Assembly: GCA_051294375.1 (NCBI GenBank)
Contig: CM119264.1
Location: 7,908,579-7,972,578, forward strand
Origin: Paraspadella gotoi
Lineage: Eukaryota; Animalia; Chaetognatha
Reading direction: 5' to 3'
Length of the DNA: 64,000 nt
A program made the translations under genes and the position numbers. Numbering within the stretch: position 1 is the stretch's first letter; every line of letters starts with the position of its first letter. The notes beneath the pieces were generated by a model. It ran no database searches, had not been told where the DNA came from, and was given only the letters and a program-made list of their open reading frames with translations. Shown here piece by piece: positions 1-12,500 of the stretch.

Positions 1-179
1 TTTAATTGAAGTTAATTTTTGTTTACAATATAGATTTGGGGGTGGGAGATAAATAAAGGAGAGAAACGTTAAAACCAGGATTGCGATTTGAAAAATTAAA
101 CGACCGCATGCAAAATATGTAGAAAGACATATCCGGCCAAGTCAGTCCCGGACCATGCAATTAAAACTAACCATGCCAA

Positions 180-1111
180 TTAGGAAACTTGCCTCCAATC
201 CTTCTCAACAGCTTTTTTTAAGATAAGCGTTTTTGTAATAATAACATTTCCAGTTATCTCACGGAAACTGAAGCATGCACAGAAATAGAAGCCTGTACTC
301 ACAATTTTCCGGACATCTCGTTGATCTGTACGGTGAGTTCGTTGAGCTTAGATAAAAAGGTTTTCATGAGTACAGATCAATCGGAGATAACCAGTTTTCA
401 AATATGATTCACTCGAAAGAATACTAATTCTTAAACCGTTATTACAACTGGTTCTACCTCAAAATCCTTTTTGATAATTTGATACTCTTTTTCCAGCTTC
501 TTTTTCTCCGCCTCCCAGACCCTCTGATACAATTGCTTGAGCTTCTCGACCAGGTCATTTTGCGAGGCGCCATCTATGTCTAACGGCTCCACAGCCGCAT
601 CAACAGCAGCCTTTTTCTCCTCCTCTCTCTTCTGCGCCTCCAGCAGCAGATCTTGCTGCACTTTTTGAAGGATCAGAACCTTTGGGTTTAAAGAACAACT
701 TATTGTCATTTGTCATTATTATCTTTTACATGTGACTACTGAAGAAAGAATTTTCGGGTCATATAGTAATTAGTCTTTGCGTATTTAAGCACTGCGCCAC
801 AGACCCTTAATCAGGTATATTCACACATCCCCCATACTTCAGCCATTGCCATTGGCTCAGTGGGGGCACGCACCATCCCAAGCGTTGCGTTCCATTTACA
901 GTCCTAACGACTTCCCTCTGCGTTAGCAAAGCGAGACCGTCCTAGGGTAACCGTACCAGTGGCAGGCGGTGCTACTAAAGCTAAAAATAAGATGACCAAT
1001 CCCAATGTGCATCACAGGTAACCAAGCTGTTGCCATACAACTTCGTAGTTTTACCTTAAGCTTTCGCTTTTTCTCTTTGGTAAGAACGAACTTCTTATTT
1101 TTCGCCACCAT
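180..1111 (-). CDS. TNNI: Troponin I paralogue 2 (short, divergent; about 137 aa)
   Basis: Hand-spliced GT-AG exons 1111-1055, 679-458, 346-303, 267-180 give MVAKNKKFVLTKEKKRKLK-VLILQKVQQDLLLEAQKREEEKKAAVDAAVEPLDIDG...KKDFE-LNELTVQINEMSGKF-FREITGNVIITKTLILKKAVEKDWRQVS*. Colinear with the neighbouring TnI; has the NELT.Q.N...GKF and DWR motifs. Confidence 0.8.
814..1037. repeat. Dispersed about 220-270 bp structured repeat in TnI-2 intron 1
   Basis: Aligns by eye along its whole length to the reverse complement of 54971-55236. Shared blocks include CGACTTCCCTCTGCG..GCAAAGCGAGACCGTC and GCATCACAGG.AACC..GCTGTTGCCATA. Confidence 0.8.
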
Positions 1112-2026
1112 CGCGTATTTTGAAAGAGCTGTAAAAATTTCAAAGCTTGCTTCAAAACAATCAAAGTGTGTTAAAAGGTTAAACTACCGAACCAACAATT
1201 AACTGATGACTACTGACCTGATCCGGCTGTTACAGATTAGACTAAATGTAAGTTCATGCTTTCTAAAAAGTGGTTTAGTTAAAACTGACTAAAACTTTTG
1301 GCTTATTTTGGTTTTTCTTGAATGAATACAAAAATGTAGGAGATATAACCGAAAAAAAATATTTTGAATCATCGTCATCGCATTATATTCCACGGTCTAC
1401 ACTTCCCAAATCCAGGTCTACACTTTCAAAATCGCTTTTCTCTAGAATTTCGCCAAATTCATATCCCGAGTGGATCTCGATTGACAGAGAAAAGAAAGAA
1501 CCTCTATTGCGAACATCATAAGAAACAATTTCGCTTACAAAGGCTGGAGATGGCGGCATGCACGTTGTTGATGTTTTTCGTTGTTGGTTGTTCGGTACAA
1601 GACACGGGATGCCTCATTCCAAGAAAAAAAATATAAAAAAATGAAAACCATTTTTCATGTGATTATCGTCGGTTTGTGCTTCAAAATATTATGTGAACAT
1701 TAAAAACATTGAAAGAAAAAACATTAAAAACAAGCGAAGATATAAATTTGTTTTGGGTGGAGCGTCGGACTTTTTTGTTGATCCATTTAACTGTCAGAAT
1801 TGCATTTGAAGAGTTTTTGATGGTATGGCAATATTTTTTTATTACTTGAAAAAAAAGATAGTCTGCTTAACATATAATTGTAGAGGATTTTATTCCTTTA
1901 TAAACTAGCGGAGTAAATCAAATACAGATCGTCGACGGAGAACGATTCATGCTGCACTCGGCGTAATGCTGCGGTTAGCGCGGCTAAGAAGGCTGCAGTC
2001 GCCGAGATGCGGCGCCGTCGCAACTT

Positions 2027-3183
2027 CTATTCACCCTCATGCTTCAGCTCTTTGCGGAAGTCGACGCGCTCCTGCGGGAGAAAAATGGGAGGAGGAAATT
2101 CATCCAGAGTAAAAAGAGCCGAGTGAAAATATGAAAAAATGATAAAGGATGAGAAAACAAATTAAAAACAGACGGTTGACGAGCCACTTCGGCGGAGGCT
2201 CCTATCGACAAACGAACCTTCTCCTCTTCCAACTTGAATTCCTTTTTCTCCGTGGCTTTGAGAGACGTGACCGAGAAACCCGGGTCCTCCTTCTTGGCGG
2301 CCATTTTGGTGAAGCGGCTCCCGACCTTGGAGACTTTCTTCAACTGGGGCTTCATGCTGAAGGAAGAAGCCAGGAGTCCGTAATTCATCGAGTGAACGGA
2401 TCAATTCTTATAGTCAGCTTTGATAATTCTTACATCGTACATAATTTGGTGAATTTATGAGATTTTTAAAGTGTAACTGTCAAAAATCTCAGTCCTGAAG
2501 ACTGTACCGAATTTGCGTCTATTTTATCAATCACTCACAATTTGCCCTTGATGTCGTTGACTTGGACGGTGAGTTCGTTGATGTCCGAGTCCTGCTTGAC
2601 CAAGCGGTATTCGAAGTCGACCGCGTAGATCAGAGTTTCCCAGACCTTCTGGTACAACTTGACGCAGACGTCCTTCAACGACGCTGCGGACGAGACCATT
2701 TATTTCTTTTATTCGTCTTTCTTTCGTTTTTCAAATAAAAAAAAATTACGACAGTTCTTTTGTTTATCTCCTCGCGGCGAAACGCGGAAAACTTACTCAT
2801 GTTGAGGCCATCGACGTTTAGCGGCGCAACTTTTTGCTTGAGAAAATTCTCCTTGGCTTTTAGTTTAGCCTCCTCTTCCCGCCGGAGGTCGTCTTGGGCA
2901 CGCTTGAGAATGAGCACCTGGCGGGTGGCCGCGAAAAAAAGTGTTTTTTTCCGGTTAAACAAAACGGCAACGGAGCCTTGGATGCGGCAGAAGGCAAACA
3001 ATGAAAGAAACGTAGGATTCGGAGGTCGTCGCTTCTCGGGGAGACATCTGCGACGACCGGTGGAACGTGCGTTGCAAAATCCAAGTCCATTTCCGGAGGA
3101 AAAAATTCGCTCGAGGGCGGGGACATGACGGAAGCAAGCAGGAAGACAAAGATGCAGGGACACGAATACGGAGAGAGAGAGAG

Positions 3184-3255
<72 letters not shown>

Positions 3256-3644
3256 AACGTCGGACGGTGGAATGCGTGTTCGTTAATTTAATTTCTGAAA
3301 ACGCTGCAAAATCAACCATTTACCGGGTGCAAAAATATTTCTTTCTTTGAAATTAATTATTTGAGATGTTTTTTTTTTTCGTAAATCAGATGCTGGGAAT
3401 TTCTATTATCAAAAACGATAGTTCAGAGGGAGAGGGCAAGAGGTGACTGGGAATCATGCTTCATACGCAATTGACTTTAGAAAAAAAGAAATCACGATCT
3501 TCGACTAAAAAACAAAAACAAAAAAACAAAAAAAAAACAACGGCTTCATCCCGAACGGGGGACGTTGCCTTAGCCTCGACGGGTCCTTACCCTCAACTTC
3601 TTCTTCTTCTCGGGAGTCAACTTAAACTTCTTTTCCTTTCCCAT
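2027..3644 (-). CDS. TNNI: Troponin I (invertebrate type; 167 aa)
   Basis: Exons 3644-3591, 2917-2797, 2683-2539, 2356-2218, 2071-2027, all GT-AG with consistent phases: MGKEKKFKLTPEKKKKLR-VLILKRAQDDLRREEEAK...VAPLNVDGLNM-TSLKDVCVKLYQKV...KQDSDINELTVQVNDIKGKF-MKPQLKKVSK...EFKLEEEK-ERVDFRKELKHEGE*. Inhibitory peptide GKFMKPQLKKVSK is present. AATAAA lies at about 1894-1889. Confidence 0.93.
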
Positions 3645-4461
3645 CTTCTCACGAGTTTATGGGCAGGAAAACTAAAGTTCGAAAAAAAAAGAGTCGATGA
3701 GAAATTTAGAAGTTAAAGCGATTTACGTTGGGATCGATTCGAAATTGCTGTTAGCACTGAAGGTTTCACTCTTGGGTTGCATTGCTTGCAGGATTACTTG
3801 CAGGATTACTGTCGATTGCTGACAGTATTGCTGATGGAAGGAATAACAAAAATGGGGGAACATGCCTTGGGTCTTTTTCCGACAGCGCCGGACCATTAAT
3901 CATTTTCAGATCGAGGATTTCGTTCGAACGATTCGCACCGACCGACTCAAAATCATATCTCGTCGACCCAGTTTGCGAGAAAAGGTGATCGAATTTTATT
4001 TGACCCCTGGGTATGCAACCAGCGGCCATTTAGCATGGCCATCGGAAGAAACGGATACGACGGGTACGATTGGTAAAAGAGAACATCTTAGGATCTCGCA
4101 AAAAGTAAAGCACAGCAATGAACGATATGAATGAAATGATTGAATTAATGAATGACGACATAACAAACACGAAACAGGGTCACTGGCTGAAACAGAAAAA
4201 AAAATGATCGTGAAGCAGTTATACAAAAAAAAAAAAAAGAAACATAGGAAAGAATTCTGGCCTCAAAATTCTATGGTTTCCTTTCGCCGGCGTTCAAATT
4301 GTAGTTTCATGAAATAAAAGAAAAAGTTATAAATAGAAAAAGAAAAAAAAAAAGTTAAAAAGCCGAAAGTTGAAGCGATGATCCAACCACGAGATCGGCC
4401 GATCCATGGTGATGGGGAGAGGGGGGAGAGTGGGGGGGAGCGTCAGGGTGAGAGAGAGAAG

Positions 4462-4541
<80 letters not shown>

Positions 4542-5674
4542 AGGATTGAAATTAGAAAATGTTGAAGATTCATAGGATTTGATCTGATGATTTGGGCATC
4601 GCGTCGGCTTGAAGGAAACCAGGGCGCGCCGACGTAACTGGTACAACAGAGGAAACTAGACGATAAGGTCAGATGTAGAGGAGGTTAGGCGCTGTTTGTG
4701 TCATTAACATGAAATCGGGCGTCGACATTTATGAGGCAATTTTTTAAAAATTGTTATCAAAAAACTATACTTTTTACTTTTATATTTTAATCGCCTTTTG
4801 CTTCATATATTATTCCACTTTTTTTTAAAAATTCTGCTGAAGCAACGAGGTAATCCACAGTACTAACTTAAACATAAGCAGTCAGTTAAAATTTAACAAT
4901 GACGCCGGTCTATTTGGCTGTTTTGTAAATTGTTGTGGATACATAGAGGCTTCAGTAAATCACAGCCGATTAGGCCAAGAAGATAGTCAAACAGAACGAG
5001 GCGCGATCGAATGCAAGAGGGAACAGACGAACGGACGGACGGATTGAAAAAAAAGTTGGTTGTTGAGCTAATTTCGATCGAAAATCTAAGACGATGATCA
5101 AAATTTTACGTAGAAAGTAATGTAGTTTTAAATTATGTTAATAAACGATGCAGTTGAAAAAAAAAATCCTACGAGTTGCGTAAAAAAACAATTCAATGCG
5201 CTGAGCTAAAATAAGCATGCGAAAGACCGCACACATATTTACATGCCAAGTTTGCCGGTTCGATCGGAAATATTATCATTACCAAATAAAATGTTAGTTT
5301 AACAGAAAACCATTTACTCCTAGACGTGCAAAATATATTATGGGGATTTTTTCAACGAGAATAGTACTTGAAAGACAAGATCAACTGAAAAAAACGTTTA
5401 CTCAGCTTTATTTATTTTTAAGGCAATAGGGTTATTTTAATTATTTGATACGACAACGCACAATATACTGAGATATAATTTTAATTTTATGATACAATCA
5501 AACTTTTTAATGTAACCATGATACCATGCGGCCAATGCTGAACTCCCAAGGCAAGATTAGTCTAGGCCTATATTCATTATTCGGCCCAATGGCATTGCTC
5601 GTTAAGGCCAATACTAACCCAGATGGGTAAAGCAATCCAGACTAATTAATAAAGCAATTTTTAAAAAAACTTAC

Positions 5675-5835
5675 CCGAAGAAGAATTTAGATAAATATTC
5701 CTTCAGCAGGCGGGCGGACGGCGAGCTTGGAGAAGGAGCGGATGTTTCTGAAGAACTGAAGGGAGGGGGAGTTGGAGGAGGGGAAGATGCGGAGGAGGAA
5801 GAGGAGGAGGAAGAGGACGAAGTGTTGCAGTGATC
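5675..5835 (-). other. Possible 5' non-coding exon (TnI-1?)
   Basis: Pyrimidine-rich stretch on the minus strand ending in a strong GG|GTAAGT donor at 5675/5674, about 2 kb upstream of the TnI-1 ATG; no convincing ORF. Confidence 0.3.
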
Positions 5836-6160
5836 AGAGGTGCAAAAGATACAGGGCCTAATAAGATTCACCACGATTCAGAAATTATTAGTAATCTATG
5901 TAAACATATGATGAATGTACTTAGTTCCATCCACAACTCCGGATTTAAAAATACTAAAATTCCACCACATCGCAAATTATTTCAGTGCTCATTAATTTCA
6001 AATCATGTAAATTATAATTCATGCCTTTAAATATTAAAGGATTGTTGAGTCGGATATAAACCCCTGCAACGCGTTCTTCAAATCCGAGCGCGGTTGGTGG
6101 TTTTCGATGGTGGGGTGGACGCCGAGTGTGGGCGATGCAAAATGATCGAAATGCGCGTGT

Positions 6161-6230
<70 letters not shown>

Positions 6231-6590
6231 AGAGGAGAGAGGAAGAGAGAGAGAGAGAGAGAGAGAGAGAATCGTTCAGACAGCGTTACGACTCGTGCTG
6301 TAAGCCGATTGATTAAGGAAGATTTTTTTTAACCACTGATTTAAAAGTCGCGAGGAATACAAGATAATAGTACATTTAAAAACGTTATTCCTATAGATTC
6401 TCTTAACTAGCCGTGCTGCCTCGTCATAACGGTGACAAATTAAATTCGTTAAACATTTTTTTTAAACATGTTCGTACATGTAATCAAATAATGGGCGAGG
6501 TCAAGAACGGTGAGTTGAAGGAGCGGAACAGAAAAGGGGCTCAATTTTTAGTGCTAGTTCGAAAGAGCGGGCGCTCCAATCAGTTCAACG

Positions 6591-8853
6591 CTAGATCGAA
6601 TCCACCGACAAATTCTGACTCCACTGATAAAGGTGTTCGGCCTCTTCCTCCCATTCGTCCTCCTCGTCATCGTCTTCTTCCTCGTCATCTTCCTCCACCT
6701 CTGCCGTCTCATTTTCTTCGAGATTGTCGTCATCGACACGGGATCCTCGCCCATTTCCGGCGCCACTGGCGTTTTCCGCTTCGCTCAGGGAGCCACTCTC
6801 GGTCCCGGTGTAGAGATTGCGCAAGCGTGTCACGCGCGCTTGGTGAATCTTAGATCGCCGACCGTGCACCAAGTTATTCTTTCTAAAATACATACGCGCA
6901 CAAATAGAAAATATATTAAATTGAATCTAGCATCCTGTTAACGTACCACACAATAATTTACCTCATGCTCGGCCTGACGAGGGTGCTGGGCGTCTGCGGG
7001 ATCGGAGGAAAGAATCGACTGAGGATGTCGATCTGCCTCCGTTGGACTCTCTGGTCGACGGGGTTTTGCATCAGCAGCGGCAGCGCCAAATTGAGGCGTT
7101 CCGTCCGTCGTCCGTTGGTTGCCAGGTCGATCACGTCGTAGAAGATCTGAAAAAGTAAGTGGATAAATATTAAAGAAGTGAAATCAGAATAATAGAAATG
7201 TATTTACTGGAGGTGTCCTCAGTGTAAGAAATTTATTTTTGCCCGCAAAGAAACAGGAGAAAGAAAACAAAAGGGAAACAAAACAATGAAACATAAATAA
7301 AACTGGGTAGAAAAATCAATTTCCCCGAGAATGACGTTTTATGGCCCATAAAAAAAAAAGAAAAAAAAAAGAAAACATTTTGTGGAGGTAAGGAAATTAA
7401 GAGCGACAAACGTAGATTTGACAAAAAATTTGCTTAAAATGAAAATACAAGATTCAAAGTCTTTGTTTTAACTCTCATTATTAAAGTCAGCATGAAAGTA
7501 ACATTAAAAATAAAAAAAATGAAAAAATAAACGAACCCCGAAAAAAAATACCGTTCCGATACCGTGTGCCTGGGTAAGTCCTCCAAGTTTAGCTTCCGCC
7601 ATCGATTGTCTTTTCCGCCGACCCGCGCCGCCGTTTCGTCGAGGTAAGTTCGAAACTGCATGAAGTCCCTTACCGTGGCCACGTCCGCCTCGTCGGTCAC
7701 GCCTCGTTGATGATACTCGCACGAGTCGGCCAAGATCTAAAAAAAAAGTCGTTGGTTGTAGTCGTTGCTAAAGTTCCTTCCGTTTCAATTAGTTGTTGTG
7801 GTCGATTCATATTTTTATTACTATAAGTTATGGTATAGTTATAGTATAGTTATAGTATAACATGGCAAAAATTGGACCAGTATTAGGAAGCTTCTCTCTG
7901 ATTGGTCAATAAGATGAAAGGACGAAAAAAGTCAAGATGTGCAATCTATTAGGTTAGATCCATCAACTGGTCCATTTCCTACGATGATACATATGATTGG
8001 GACGACCTGCTTGAGAAAGAGCCTGTTGCCCATGAGATTAATGGCGTCGGCAGCGGCGTCGGACGCGGCGCGAATGACGCGCTTCCCAGATAAGTAGGTC
8101 GTCGTCGGAGAGAATTTGGCGGCGTCGTTGTCGAGAAAAACCTGAGGAAAGGGTGGGACTACTCGAGAAAGAATTCAAAGTTTTTAAAGATAAGATATTT
8201 CAAATTTTAAATTATAAATAATGATAAATTAAATAGTTTTCATCAAATAAGTAACTTTCCCGATTGAAATTCATATAGATTCGTTTTTTAACTAATACTA
8301 ATAAAGTTAGTTTGTTAACTAATAGACTTCCCCTTTCTGGTCGGGATATTAACACTTACCTTGAAGAAGATAACAGGTGGGAAGGATTCTCCGCCGAACC
8401 GGAACCTGACCTTATAAGGGATGTTGCTTTCGCGCAAGAACTCTGCCTCTTTGGGATTAACCTTCTTTAAAATATCGAAAGACATGGAGTATTCGGCGGC
8501 GCAAATTGAGTGGACGAGCAGTTTGAACACCTGGAGGGAAGAAAGTATTAACGGCTGTTTTTTAAATACATGTTTGATTCAGGTATGCTTTTCTTTACTT
8601 TACCGACATAGAAAATAATACAATCAATGATAGAAATATTTCCTATGATAGTATCATTGTTAAAATAAGTCCTATATCATCATAACCCATCATCATAACC
8701 GTAACACTATTGCTCTCTCACCTGCCTGTCCCTGAATCTCGCGTAAGCCCTCTCGATAATTTTCACTGCTTTTTCCTGTTTTTTTCTTAAAATTTTTGAG
8801 GATCTGGTTTCTCTAGATGTCGGCATTTCGAAATTTATTGGTTCATTCATCAT
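6591..8853 (-). CDS. CXorf58: CXorf58-like (CXorf58/C11orf65-MFI family) protein
   Basis: Exons 8853-8722, 8530-8360, 8141-8007, 7736-7563, 7146-6962, 6882-6591. Motifs recalled from CXorf58: KVRFRFGGESFPPVIFFKVF, YLSGKRVI, DVATVRDFMQFRTYLDETAARVGGKDNRWRKLNLEDLPR, and the acidic tail EWEEEAEHLYQWSQNL. The start codon is uncertain. Confidence 0.85.
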
Positions 8854-9299
8854 CGAAAAACATTTCTAAAATGTTTAGTTAAATATTTTAAACAAAACCC
8901 TATTTTAAATTAGTAAACTCATTTCGATTTTTACTTTTCGTTCTTGGGTTGCTAAGGTAAGCAAGTTTCCCTCATCTTCCTCCTCCTCCTCTTCTTCTCC
9001 GCTGGATTTCGCCGTCCAAACCTTTTTCTTCCTTGGACCGAAACGAGGCCGTCGCCGCGCCGGACGCCGCGGCGGCGTCGTCCGGAGCGGCGCTCTCCTT
9101 CGCCAGCAGCGCCTATTCTTCCAATCGCTGTCACCTATTCTCGATCCAGCTGACTCTCAAACATGAGGGACATGAGGGACCCGGAAAAACTGGCGGCGAG
9201 GAAAGGGACACTTGTCCCGAGAGGACGACTGGCCACTCAGAATGCGTCTCCGCGGTTGGACCCCATGACCTTTTGTTCCTGGACACCTTTCGCTTTTAA

Positions 9300-9579
9300 A
9301 AAAAGTTCGATGACGTAGCGAACAAAAGGCAAAACGATGCTTACGTGATCGGGTCACCGCGAGTGATCCGTCAGTCTTCGAAAGTCTAACTGTCACGCTC
9401 TTTTAAATTCACGAAAAATCCAAAGGAAAAAAAAAACATCCGCAAAATCGCCGCGAAACTTCAATAAATCATCTTGCTTAAACGCAATAAAACGCTTATA
9501 AAATAATTTTAAAAACAAAACTTGAACATCTTTTAACGCAAATTAGCCCCGAACGCGACTTGAAATCTTCCTGGAAACC
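9300..9579. promoter_or_regulatory. Probable bidirectional promoter region between CXorf58-like and PLEKHM2
   Basis: Divergent genes with ATGs only about 730 bp apart; the intervening sequence is CpG-rich and includes TGACGT/ACGTGA elements. Confidence 0.45.
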
Positions 9580-12500
9580 ATGAATATGCCACGACTCGAG
9601 GAGAACGAGCTACTCAAGGAAGATCTGCTTCAAAGGATCGGGAATGCTTTGAAGGAGGTACGGTTACTGTGGAGTGGCCCATGGAGGAAGGGAAAGTAGC
9701 TATGAATAAATAGCGCAACTAAAGTAATTTCATTCGTATTTATAAATGACCAATAACCAATGAGCATTGCTCAATCTGTAAATGATTCGGCTGTGTGGAA
9801 TGAGTTTAGAAATTTCTTAATTTTTTTTTTCCCAGATCCACGCGTCCATCCTCCCTCCTTCTCCCCCTTCTCCCCCCGGCTTAACTGAACCTTATGAAAT
9901 CATCTTAACCACCTCGTTGCCTTGTGTCACCGACCTCTGTCAAGCCGTATATGAAACGTTGTGTCACGGATTGCGGCTCAAGAATCGGGGGATCTGGCCC
10001 CTCGCCTTGGAGATTACGCGGCGATCGGGGATCAGCGAGATCTCGGGTCTCGTTAACGTGAAGACTGACAAAGCTCGAGGTTCGCCATTGTTGATAGCAT
10101 TTTTTTATAGCAGAATCTCGAAAGCCCCTTAACGTATAGTTTACATATGATTTTTACCTTAGAAGTCGGGAAAACAAATTTTTTATACCGTTGATATGTC
10201 ATAAATTGTAACGTCAACATACTAGAATAAATCAAAATCATAAATGCGTATTAATCATTTATTAATCAGCTATTTTAAATGGAACGAACATGCTTTGATT
10301 TTCCTTTTTCTTTGCGTTCTTTACAATTTTAATTTGCCTTCTTTCTCGACCAAGATTACAACTGTTTTTCGAGGCCATTTAATCGGGCTTCACCACATAT
10401 TTCGGTTTCTTTGTTAACAGGTCGCGCTTGGCTCCTTTTGGCGCTCAATGAATTTTCGCTTGAAAGTTACTTTCGCTTTTTGAGCGAAAACCCAAATGTA
10501 CGCCAAAAGTTTTACAATCAATCTTCTTTGATACGAGACGAGAACTGCCTTCAGGTTCGATCCGCTGTGGCAACTCGCTTAATACAACTATTACCTAGGA
10601 AAGATTGATCAAACTATTAATTCTTCACAGGCGCTTTTGATGCTGTTGGCAGGATTAGAATACGTACAGTTCCAAAATGCTATCGATCTCCCTTTCCTCG
10701 ATCATACGTTCTCTAACCGAAAAGGTCAGTAAATAAACTTGTTAAAATTGTTTGAATATTCCCTTTATAATCTCTCTTGTTAGAAGACGCTGATCGTCAT
10801 TTACCCGAAGAATTCAAATCCGACGAGGCGACTGGATTTGTTGAAGACCCTGCCACGATTTCTATCGACTCGGTAAGTCGTCGAATTCGTAAGTGAAAAC
10901 TTTTCACGAACGGAATACTAGTAAATAACAATGCTTCTATATCTCTTACTCGCCACGCCTACAGTCTTCCCGAAATTCGGACTCCTCGGGTCGACGTCAC
11001 TCTAGTCTCACGGAATTCATCAACGACGACCTCTTGACCTCCGAACATTTCAAGATCCGCGGCGACCCCGACGAACCCTTACGCACCAACCAATCGCTGC
11101 CTCCGCTGCCCCCTCTCGATCGGCCTTTGCTTGATAGCGACAAGGCGTCGTCCCGTGCCGTGCGAGGAAAGATTGTGGCGGGCGAGAGTTTTCACGACGG
11201 GCATTCAGAGACGAACGCCCCGAGCGCCGCCGCCAGCGTTTCTAGTGCTGCCGCCAGTTTCGCTGCATCCATCGACAGACACATCCTGGGCATCGTTGAA
11301 GGCTCCGTCGCATCGAACGAGGGTCTTGTCGGCGCTACAGGTGTCACTATTGACTCCACAGTTAAAAATGAAGTTAAAAGTCGCAAATCGATTCCCGCAA
11401 CAATAGGCGGAAGGATCGAGCGTATCAGTAAAATCAGGTCAGATCCCGAGGAAGAGTTGGAGGTGATTTCATCGACGAGAACAAAGCGGCAGTCCAGACG
11501 GCGAGAGGGAACCGATGATCGAGAAGATGATCGCTATTCTCTATACGATCGCCCAGTCGAAGCCGGCCTCGACGCCGTCGTTTCAGATTCTCTGTCAATT
11601 GAACGACGGGCTGTCAAAGGAAACTCCACGCAGTTGTCCCGATTAAGGCGGGAGAAATCGGCCGGAAATTCACCTCGGAGCTCCCGAGAGCCGGAAGGTC
11701 GGAATGATCGGACCAAAGCCGAAGCCTCGGACGAGGATGGCGACTCCTCGGCAGAATTGATAAAGGTTTTGGATCGCCTTAACGAGGAAGATGTAAGGGA
11801 AGAGAAGGGAATTGCATGGAAGTCCTCGCGGGGAAAGGAAAGAAAAGGGGTGACTGGGAGGGAGAGCGAGAGTTTGCGGCCGGCCTTCGTCACTGAAGTG
11901 TCCTGGGCCGAGGTCAGGGAAGACGACGAGGAAAGAAATTGGCGACGACCGATTCCAACTCCTGCCGAAGTTTTGGGTTTTGAAGATTTAGAAAGGGAGT
12001 TTGAAAAAACCAAGTTAGACGATCCGAGAAAACAGAGAACTGAAAAAGATATAAATGCACCGCAAAGGGCAAGCTTTGGGAGAGAAAATCAATACTGGAA
12101 AAGGGAAAAAGAAAGCATTCCACCTATTGATAAAAAAGGAAAAAAATTAAATGTGGAAAAAGAGAAGAGAGTTGAAGGAAATTCGTCAAATTCAAAAGAA
12201 TCGAACGAATTGGAATTCAAAGTTTCACACTTTTCCGAGATTAATCTTTCCAGTTCGACAGGAGGTTTTAAGGACGAAGAAAAAACCTTAGACTGTGATG
12301 AAAAATACATTCGTGATATAAAGGCCGCCTGTGATGAAATCATTCCCGAAATGCACTTCAGCCTCTTTGATCAATCGAAAAGTTCCTCAACTTCTTCTTC
12401 ATCTTTGGAATTTAAACGGCTGCGTCCAGCGTTTGCTCTTGACAGCGAGGTTTCCGTTGATCTCATGGAGTCCAAGCCCTTATCTGCGATGTTGACGTCA

